Source: Piromyces finnis finn (lineage: Eukaryota > Fungi > Neocallimastigomycota). From it: 64,000 bases of DNA. The position numbers and the translations under genes are program-made. Below, piece after piece: positions 53,845 through 64,000 of the stretch. The notes below the pieces were generated by a model. It made no database searches. It saw nothing but the letters and a program-made list of their open reading frames with translations, and was not told the DNA's origin. How positions within the stretch are numbered: the stretch's first letter is position 1; each line of letters starts with the position of its first letter. The DNA is taken from positions 682,001 through 746,000 of the forward strand of contig MCFH01000002.1 of NCBI GenBank assembly GCA_002104945.1, written 5' to 3'.

Positions 53845-55462
53845 TACTACTATTATCATTTATTTACTCTATTCAATACTATCTCTTAAAATCTACTATC
53901 ATATTTATAATTAAATAATAATATTTACCCTAATAATTTTACTTTTACTATGGTAAATATTAAAAAAAAAAATATTAAAAAAGTACATATATTTTTTTAT
54001 TTTATGTAAAAAGTATTAATAAATGTTTTAATAATATATAATATATAATATATATTAATATATTCATATTTTATATTTATAAAATCTTTTAAATTATTAA
54101 TATAATAAAAGGTTAGAATATATAATTCTAAATTGTTGTAGTAAGTGCCTATTATTATATTCAAATATGTTAAATATATATATATCATTAATATTTAATA
54201 GGATTATATATTATTTTAAATAAAAAATCGTTACATATTGATTTTATTTTTTTTTTATAATAAAAATTAATGGAAATGTATTCATTAACATCCTTTCAAT
54301 ATAAAAATATTGAAAACTAAATATTTAATAAATAAAACTTATATTTTTATGAGATAAATACAACATCAAGTATTGTGCAGTATAGTTCTCACTAAATTCC
54401 TTTATGTGTTTAAAGTAACATAATAATTTCATATGTTACACTACTAACATTTGATCTGTTTAAAATATTAAAATATCACCATAATCCCATAATCCTAGTG
54501 AGCTATATAGCCATTCTGTCTTTTTTTAATAAGTAGTTTATCATAATCTAAAGATTCACCAATAAGGAAAGTAAAAGTATAATTATAATTTTGTTTTTCA
54601 TCCATTAGAAGTCATTTAATATAAATGCTTATATTATAGAAAAGGGTAAAAAATATAGTCAAATTAAGTGCAGAAATTTTATATTAAATATTAAATAAGA
54701 TAATTTTAAAATAAATGATGAAATATTATTCACTATAACCACAACATAGACAGGGCAGATTCAAGTGCAATTAAGAGTAATTCCTAGTAATATCAATTCT
54801 AGTATTGTTTTCATAACATCAAGGTTATCCAAATAATTTTTGGGTTTAAAGAGAATTTATTATAACTAATTAGCATAAAATTCGAATTGAAAAATTTATT
54901 GTTAAGTAAACTTAAAGGTTGTGTTTCCATTATTAAGATTACTTTTTTCCTTTTTTTTTTTTTTTTTAGCGGCATCAAATATTTTTAAACTTTATTATTA
55001 ATAATTTCACATGTTATAATGTATTCTAGTAATTTTAATTAAAGTAAGAAATCCACTATTATACTAAAGTATAATAATTGTATTTGACATTAATAAGAAT
55101 ATTTAGCCCAAGAATAGTGAAAGAAAAAAAAAAAAAAACACGTATATATACGATAAGCTTAATAATTTGAAAAAAAAAATATTAGCAATAAAATAACTTC
55201 TTATATTCATAAAAAATTAATGAAATATTATTATAGTAATATCAAAAAGATGATTTTTCAATATAATTTTTAAATTTTTTAAATTTTTTATTTCATTTCA
55301 CTACATTTCACTTAATGAATATCTATATAATTTTTCTTTTTCTACATAACAATTATTTGCATTTCATATCTTATTAAATAAACTTTTTGTTTTTTTTTTT
55401 TTTAGTGAAAAAATGTAATATATTATTTAATTTTTATCTTTCGGATAATATAAAGGCTCTAT

Positions 55463-56180
55463 TTAAATATCGTACATTTCACCAACAACATTGGCATATT
55501 GGTCATTAAGAGTAGCAAGAGTAGCTCTGTGGAGGTTTTTACCTAAAACCATGTTGTTCATACCATCTGGAATATCACGGTCACCACATGCGTTACCGAC
55601 AATAGTAACCTTGTAACCAAGTTCGTATGCAGCACGAGTGGTAGCATCGACACTTAACTATTTTTATATTAAAATAAAAAAAAATATTAATTATTATTTT
55701 AATATATAATATTCATTAATTGACTCTTTCAATCATTCAATCTATAGATCAATTTAATGATATAATTACATGAGTTGAATAACCAGCAATAATTAAGTTC
55801 TTTCTACCAGTAGAATCAATTTCTTCTTTTAAGTTGGTTTTTAAGAAACCATTTGGTGTAGTTTTCATAATAACCTTTTCGTTAGCTTTTGGTTCTAAGT
55901 ATTTAATTGGCTTAGTAGTAACACCACCAAGAGAGAAAAGTTCAGCATTTGGATTACCAACAGTCATAACATGAATAATTGGCATTTTATTTTGTCTGGC
56001 GGTTTCTAAACAGAAACGAAGGGATTCAGATGAAGTTTTGAAATTGTGGGCTGGAATCTTACCACATTCTGGGTTGAATTCTTGTTGAGCTGAAAGTAAT
56101 AATAAAACTGAATTGTTGTAAGAGAACTTTCCCTTCTTGCAGTTTTGAATTTCATTAATAGTCTTTCCGTATGGGGACAT
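55463..56180 (-). CDS. Isochorismatase/cysteine-hydrolase family protein with variant catalytic residues; 2 exons, 201 aa
   Basis: complement(join(55463..55657,55770..56180)). Motifs: VLLLLSAQQEF, ARQNKMPIIHV, EKVIMKTTPNGF, LIIAGYSTH|LSVDATTRAAYELGYKVTIVGNAC. Confidence 0.88.
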
Positions 56181-56707
56181 TATGAATAAAATTTAGTAAT
56201 CGTTGAAAAAAATTAGAAAAAATTATACGTATATAAAGAAATATAATAGTTTCTTGAAAAAAAAAAAAAGTCTTTATTTTTTTCCTTATAAATAAATGGA
56301 AAAAATAAAGTTAATTAGTATTTAGATTGATTATTGCCATTACTAATTAGAATTAGATTTTATACTTTTTTATTTATAGTTTTATAATACAGTGTAAAAC
56401 ATAAAAGTTTATATTTAAAGTTTTCTTTTATTACAAAATTATATATAAATTTAAAAATTTTTTAAAATTACTATTAATAACTCACAAAGGAAACAATTTT
56501 AAATTATAACAATTGCTTTTAATATATAGTTTTATATTATGTTCCTTACAATCTAATTATTTAATAATGAAAATACAAGAATGCTTTTTTTTTTTTTTTA
56601 ACAAATATCAATATATCATATATCTATAAAAATATAATAAAATAATAATAAAATTTGAAATTATATGTAAAATTATAAGAATAAAGTTCAATGATTAAAA
56701 TTCTACC

Positions 56708-56741
<34 letters not shown>

Positions 56742-57053
56742 TGAAAATTACATTCTTAAAGTTTATTTTTGGGAGATTAAAAACAAAGTAAATATATTAT
56801 ATATTAATTTAAACTATTCAGTAACTATATATCGAAACAAAATAATAAAATAAATATAAAATTTATAATTTAAATATATATTTTTATATATTTTGTTTTT
56901 TATTATTTTTAATATTCTATTTTTATTTATTATTAAAATCAATTGAATTATAATAATATTTATAATTCTATATTTCTAATTATTTTGTAGAAAATGTATT
57001 ATTAATAAATAATAAAAATATTACTAAAAATATGATGATTATTATAAAAGGAA

Positions 57054-58763
57054 TTATTTTATTTTTGATTTACTCATTTTTCTTTTTTAATTTATTAAGA
57101 AATTCCTTTCTTGTAGTACTACGTGGTCCAGAATTCCAAATTCCACCAAAATTTGGCATCCAATTTTTTGATATTTTTTTATCTATTTAAAAAAAATAAA
57201 AATTAAAAAATTGTTAATTATTGTTAATATTTTATAACTACAACATTTAAACTGTTAAATATTAAAAGAAAAGTTTATATTTTACCTCGATCAATTGTAT
57301 TTCCTAATCTCTTTGGGTTCAGTTTGCTTTTTCTTTTTTTTTCCTTGTAATCCATATATAAATCTAATGATGGTCCAACTATTGGGCCATTGTTCTTTTT
57401 TTTATTAATATTTAGTTTTATATTCAATTTTTCATCTTCACTGTTACTTTCACTTTCACTATTATCCAACATCCATGGAGGTGTTGAATTATCATTATGT
57501 ATATTATTAATTATATTCTGATTTGGATTAATATTAAGACATGTTAAATCTAATTTATATTAATAATATTATATATATATATTCAATTATGTTAATGATA
57601 ATAACAACAACAACAATAATAATATAAATCGTAAATTCTAATTTATTAAATCATAGTTACTTTCACCAAAAGCTTGAACTGTTTGATAGGGTATATTATC
57701 ATTAATATCACTGTTTTTACTACTATTAGTTCTTACTTCATTCCCTATATCAAATTTGTCATTTATATAATTATTTCCTTTATTTGAAACTTTTATATCA
57801 TTAATACTTTCACTATAGTTGATATCTATATTCTGAAAACATAAAATTTATATTTAATTAATACATTTAATTATTTTTATAATAATAAAATTAATATTAT
57901 TATTTACATTTGATGGCAACAATTGTTTTTTTTTGTATTCATTTAATTCGATATCACTTTTTTTTAAAAACTATTTCCCATAATATATGAAAATATAAAC
58001 ATTTACGTAAGAAAAGAATTTTAAGTACTTTCATTAATGTTTATGAAATAATACATACATCATTAATAACAGTTTTATTTAAATAAAATTGTTTTTTCTC
58101 CCATTTTTTTTTACTTGGCCTTTGCTCTTTCCAAAATTCGTCAATTGAATCAATATGACTTTCGTAAGTCATATGTAAAAATATATGTTTACTTCATATG
58201 TTAAATATTAAATATTATATTATTTATTAATATTTATTAAAAAAAAAAAAAAAACAAATTAAATTTTTCTGAATGAATATATAAAAAAGTATATACCAAG
58301 CAATTTTTGAATTTGATGATTTAATGGTTGTTTTACAAAAAAGGCACCATATTTCGGGTTGTTCTACATCGTCTTCAACAATTTTTATATTATTTAAGAA
58401 AGTTAAAAGTTTTGAAAATTTCTTTTTTATAATAATATTATAATAATATTATAGTTTATTAATATTAATAATACATATTTAAGATTTTGTAATATATATA
58501 TAAAATTTAAAGAAAAGTATAATTAATTATGAATGATAAAGTAGGAAATTGAAATAATTTATTTATTGATATTATAAAATTATATATTAAATATATTTTC
58601 ATTACTTATTTTTAATTAATTAATTAATTAACCTATTATATACCTCATTCTGTCTAGTCAATAAAAAATCCAATCTTTTTCTATGCCCTTTTGAATAAAC
58701 ATGTCTTTTATTCTTTTCTTGATTTCTATTACAAATTTCACAGAAAAAAAAATTGTATTCCAT
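57054..58763 (-). CDS. CENATAC: CENATAC/CCDC84 homologue (minor-spliceosome-associated zinc-finger protein), about 7 exons
   Basis: N-terminal CEIC...HVYSKGH and WCLFC...HMTYESH...EFW zinc fingers. C-terminal motifs TPPW, VGPS, KLNPKRLG and WMPNFGGIWNSGPR match the CCDC84 layout. Confidence 0.85.
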
Positions 58764-59735
58764 TGAAAAACAGTTTATTTTGTATCTATTGTTTTTTCTA
58801 CTTTAAATTTTTAAACATATTAATATTATCTGAATAGAGTTAAATCATTTTAAAATATACACAATTTTTTTTTTTTCTTTTTTAAATAATGAACATTTAA
58901 AATTTATATTTAATAAACTAATAAAAAATAATATTTTCAGTAATATACATAAAAAAAAAAAAAGAGAGAAAAAATGAATTATACATTTAAATTAAAACAC
59001 GTGGACTCAAGTGAAAATATTATTATAAATGTTATATTCTTTAAAAATAGTCACAATTGATTGGCCATAATTTATTATACTATTTATTTATGTATTTGGT
59101 TCATTTATTAAGTTTATATTCTTATATTTTTTTTTTTTGAAACATATAAATTTGATATACTTATTTAAATTTTTCTTTTAATATATTTAAATAAATTTTT
59201 TATATTAATGAATATATTATTTACGTATTAAATAATTTTGTGATATATTAAAATTTATTTCTTATTATATTGTAAGTATACCGCTTGATATATTACTCAA
59301 TAAAATTTTTAATATACATATATAAATGTATTGTAATATATAATAATCTAATAGTAAATAAGAGATGAATATTAAACTTAAAATTATTTATTAATCTTGA
59401 AATTGTTAATATATTAATATCAAATTACAAAGTGTAATAGTAAATAGTTTAATATATGTGTAAATATTAAACATTAATATAATGGCTAATAAATAAGACC
59501 AAAAGATTAAAAATTAATTTCAAAAAAAAAAAAAAAAAAAAAAAATTAATATAAAAAATTGAATTATTGCAAATAATTTTTTAATTTTTTTCCTTTAATA
59601 ACAAATATATAATATTTTATTAATATTTTTTTTTACTTTCTTTAAAATATTGCAGTTTTTATATTATTTAATATATATTTTTAAAGTATTTTATTATTAA
59701 AATTTAAAAAACAAAAAAACAAAAAAAAAAACAAA

Positions 59736-62700
59736 ATGTCTATGAACTTTGGCCCAGAGTGGTAAACATCAAAGAAAGATACAATAATATACACAAATAT
59801 AACTACTTCAACTAATAAATAAATAAAAGTTAAAATGATTGTTGATAATGGATTAAAGATTTTATTATCAGAACAAAAAATTGAGATTTATTTAATTCAA
59901 ACAAGCGAACAAACAAATAAATAAATAGATTTATTTAAAAAATATTTTATTAAAAAATGACGAATCTTTCATATTTTCAATAAAAAAGTTTATTATTTCA
60001 GAGTAATATAAAAATAAAAATAATAAATATTACTTAAAAAAAATATAGATTAGTATAGTAAATAAAAAAAAAAAAAAAAAAGAAAGGAAAAAGAATAATA
60101 AAGAAATAAATAATTTTGATTATAATAGCAATAATATTTTGGAAAAAAAGTTTTAATTTTAATTAAAAGTTTGATTTGATTTAAATATGAAATAAATGAT
60201 GAAAATAAAGATTATTAGTATTTACAGCAATTCTTTTATAATTAAATAATAAACAAATATAAATAAGAAAGTAAAATAAAAAATAAAATTAATTATAAAA
60301 TAAGCAAAAGCAATATGACAAATAAGATATTAATAAATAATATTAAACAAATAATATTTTTTGTAGGATGAGAAAAAAAATACCAGCCAATTATGATGGT
60401 GGTTCAAATTTATCAAATATAAACAACAATTCAATGGATAATTTTTCAAAAGGAAAAGCAGTCATGAATGATCATAAGGTTGGTTCCAATAAGTATTCAA
60501 GAGATGATGTTATTTCTTCATTATGGAATAATAAGAAGAAGCCAATTAATAAGAAGATGTCTTATGAATATGACAATAAAAACATATCTTCAACAACAGA
60601 ACCATTAAATCCAATGTCAATGATGTCATTTAATAATTATGATAAAAAGGTAAATTACTGAAGTTTTTTTTAACAATAGTAATTAAATAAATAATAAAAT
60701 TAATGTTTTTAATAAAAATATATTTAGATTTTGGGACAAAATTCTGTCAATAATGATATGAATTCAAGACCATCTAGAGATTTTAGTGACCGTTCTGATA
60801 GAAATATTGGTCATTTTAAAGATCGTTCGGATAACAGAATGAATCCACGTCCTTTCAGTTATAGTCAAGGTATATCTAAATATATTTTTTAAATTATTAA
60901 AGATATATTTTAACCTTTTAAATTGATTTAGGCTCTTTCGATCAAATCAACAATGGAAGTACTGATTGTAAGTATAATATTAATCATTATTGTAATATAT
61001 ATATTAAATTAATTATATTATTTATATTATTCAGATTCTCTTGATGCTAATAAAAAAATTGGTAATATTTGGGAAAGTCAAAATAGAACAAGTAGTTATA
61101 TTGGTAATAATGGAATGTATTCATTAAAGAACAATAAAAACGACATTACCAAGAAGCCAAAGTTCAAGGTAAGAATTAATAATACTATTAATTTTCATAT
61201 TATTATATGTAATATATAGTACAATAAATTTGTTTTTATTAGATTATATAAATTAAATATAAAAGTTATTAATTAGTTTTTAAATTTTATTCATTTATAA
61301 ATATTTAAAAAATCTATCAATGCAATGAAATTAAAACATATCAAATTCTTTTTAATGAATATATAAATTAAATCAATATCTAATTTCAAAAGTCTTTTAA
61401 TACCCCATTAGATAAGAATTTGGATATGGATAGTGTACAAGCAAATAATATTGATAAATTAACAATGAAGGATAATTCAAATGATTTGACTAGTACATTT
61501 GATAATATGTCCCTCAAGACTAATTTTACTAATGATAAGCCATTGAACAATTCATTATTTAACAATGATATTTTTTCATCATTCAAATCTAATTCTTTGA
61601 ACGTAGCCAAAACTCAAAGTTTTGATGATACAATGAAAAAGAATCTTGATGCTGGAAAGCTGGAGAATTCAAGACTTCAAGGAAACATATTTAATGAACC
61701 AGACTCAATTAAAGATGTTTCTAAGGAAATTGTTGTTGAACCACCTAAATGGAATTATAAAGATCCAACTGGAAAAATCCAAGGTATAATATTAAGTTTA
61801 TAACCAATTAAATTATAAAATCAATTATTGAAAATTTTAATAAATATAAACTTTAAAATACATAGGTCCATTTTTATATGAGGAAATGCAAGAATGGTAT
61901 AATGCGGGTTATTTTGAAAAGACATTACCAATTAAAAAAGAAAATGAAGCTGACTTTAAAACTTTAGCTTCAATGATCGAGCAATATGGTGAAGAAAAGC
62001 CATTTATTATTGATGCTGAAAATTACATTAAAAAGGAAAGAGAATTAAAGGCTAATGAAGTAGTTAATGCTACTTCAGCAGTTCAACCACCAATTACTTC
62101 AACTTCTGTTAATTCCAAACCAGCGATTAAACCAATTCAAAAAACCATGCCTTCTTCTTTATCACAACCTGGATTAGAAACAAATGTAACTTCATCAATT
62201 GGAAACAAAACATTACCAATGTCAAGTTATTCAGTTGGTGGTGGAATTGGTCTTGGTCGTGGAATTGGAATGAAGGAGAATAATACTTTTGGAAATAATC
62301 TTGATTCAATGTATAATTCATTCAATAATAATTCAATTAATTCACCAAAGGTTTACAGTGGTCGTAATGCATCATTCCCAACTATGAGTAATCATTATGA
62401 ACCTGTAGGTTATCCAGGTATGAACCGTCTTTCCAATACCATGAATAATCCTCAAATGATGGGAATTCCAGGAAACCAACCATGGATGCCATATAATGAT
62501 CCATCAATGTTAGGAATGAAAGGATGGAATGATATGATGGGATTTAATGATATTTATAGTAATCAATTTTATAATTATGATTTAATGAATCCTGACTTGA
62601 ATAAATCCAATTTTAACCAACAATTCTATTACCAACAACTTATGCAACAATCTCAACAATTCCCACCACAATATTATCAAATGATGAGACAAATGCCACA

Positions 62701-64000
62701 AAATCAAATGCCAATGTTTAATGTCTTTGGACAACCAATTAATACTGTTGGTATGAAACCAATAGTTTCAAATACAAATACCATTGGTTCAATGCAAAAT
62801 GAAATAATACCCCCAATGAATACTACTACATCCACTGTTGCTACTAATACCACAACCACAAATAATACACAATCTCTTTTTGCAAACAATGAAACAAACC
62901 AAAGTGTTTCTCAAAATACTACAAATATGTGGGATACAGCACCACAAAATACACTTAATAATATTAATATCAATACCAATAAAGCAGAATTTAATAAAAC
63001 TGACTCTATACCAAATGTAGATAATACTAATATTAATAAGCAAGATGAATCAACTCAACCATCTAATAATATTATTGAAAATGTTGATAATACTCAAAAG
63101 GAAGATATTGCTAATGATATACCAATTAATGAGGCCAATACCGATAAGGACGAAGTTAGTGAAGAAATAAATGAAGAAAAATTAGAACAAAATGAAGAAC
63201 CAGAAACTGAAACAACAAATGAAGACGTACAAGATGATAATGAAAATGAAGAAGAATTAATTGAAGATAATAATGATGAAGAAGAAACTGAAAATATAAA
63301 AGAAGAAGAAAATGAATCAATTGAAGCTGAAGAAGCCAAAAATGAATCAGTTGAAGATAACGAAGAAAGTCCTGTTGAAGAAGCTCCAGAAGATAAGGAA
63401 GAAGTTGTAATGGAAGAAATTAAGAAGCCTGTTGCTCCAGCTCCAGTTAAGAACCATTGGAAGGTATCTACTAACAAAACCCAAAGATTAAGTATTAAAG
63501 AAATTCAAGAAATGGAAGAAAAAGAAAAATTAGAACAATTAAAGAAACAACAACAAGAAATAAAAGAAAAGAAGGAAATTGCAGAAGCTATGTCTGCTGA
63601 AGTTTCTCCAATTTCTATTTCTGAACCAACTACTGTTTGGGGAGCTCCACAAAATAATATTCAAAAACCAACTTTAAGACAAATTATGCAAGAAGAAGAA
63701 AATAACAAAAAGCAAAAAGATTTGCAAATGAAAGAAGCTGAAGGCAAAAAGGCTAATAAACAAAATTCACACGTTGTAGTTAATACTACTAGATCTGTAT
63801 GGGCTGGTAGACCTTTAACTATTATTGCAGATGGTAATTCACAAGTTGTTTCAGCTTCTTCATTAAATGCAGCAAAGAAAGAACCTGTAAAGAAAGAAAT
63901 TATTTCTACTGTTAATCAAAATCGTCCTCAACCAAGCCAAGTTAGTACCTCCACTAGCAATACTCCAACCACTTCAAGATCTGAAAATGTATATAATTTA
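59736..64000 (+). CDS. GYF-domain protein of the GIGYF/Smy2 family (translational repression / mRNA quality control); 3' end lies beyond the window
   Basis: The 26-nt first exon encodes MSMNFGPEW, the GIGYF N-terminal motif. The GYF domain reads WNYKDPTGKIQ|GPFLYEEMQEWYNAGYF. Later repeats LSIKEIQEMEE and TLRQIMQEEE follow. Confidence 0.88.

Noticed and set aside
22957-56180. PKS, FATP-like and isochorismatase-like genes as one biosynthetic gene cluster
   Set aside because: They are separated by SMG1 and 16-21 kb, and both candidate accessory genes have degenerate active sites. There is no sequence evidence of co-regulation.
35472-64000. Grouping of RNA-processing genes (SMG1, CENATAC, GIGYF-like)
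   Set aside because: They act in different pathways and are interspersed with unrelated genes; coincidence is the simpler explanation without synteny data.

Overview
Very AT-rich, intron-rich eukaryotic DNA. The base composition, short GT-AG introns and A-rich start contexts point to an anaerobic gut fungus (Neocallimastigomycota); this is inference. I rebuilt ten spliced protein genes by hand and checked intron phases across the junctions I traced: a DUF6818/Myb-like protein with an acidic tail, NOP15, an AMPK-family kinase with a UBA domain, a LITAF-domain protein, a ~3,579-aa PKS-like megasynthase, SMG1, an 18-exon FATP/Fat1-like protein, an isochorismatase-fold protein, CENATAC/CCDC84, and a GIGYF/Smy2-type GYF protein that runs off the right edge. 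The stand-out is the megasynthase at 22957-34287 (+), with the order alpha-oxoamine-synthase-like / KS / AT / coiled coil / DH / ER / KR / ECH / ECH / HMG-CoA synthase. KS, DH, ER, KR and HMGS keep their catalytic motifs. The AT lacks its Ser (GHSxG reads GYNTG), the oxoamine synthase lacks its PLP lysine, and I find no ACP. It therefore looks like a single-polypeptide beta-branching machine that needs trans partners or works on CoA esters. The FATP-like and isochorismatase-like genes also have intact reading frames but altered catalytic motifs. All motif comparisons are from recalled family consensus, not from database searches.
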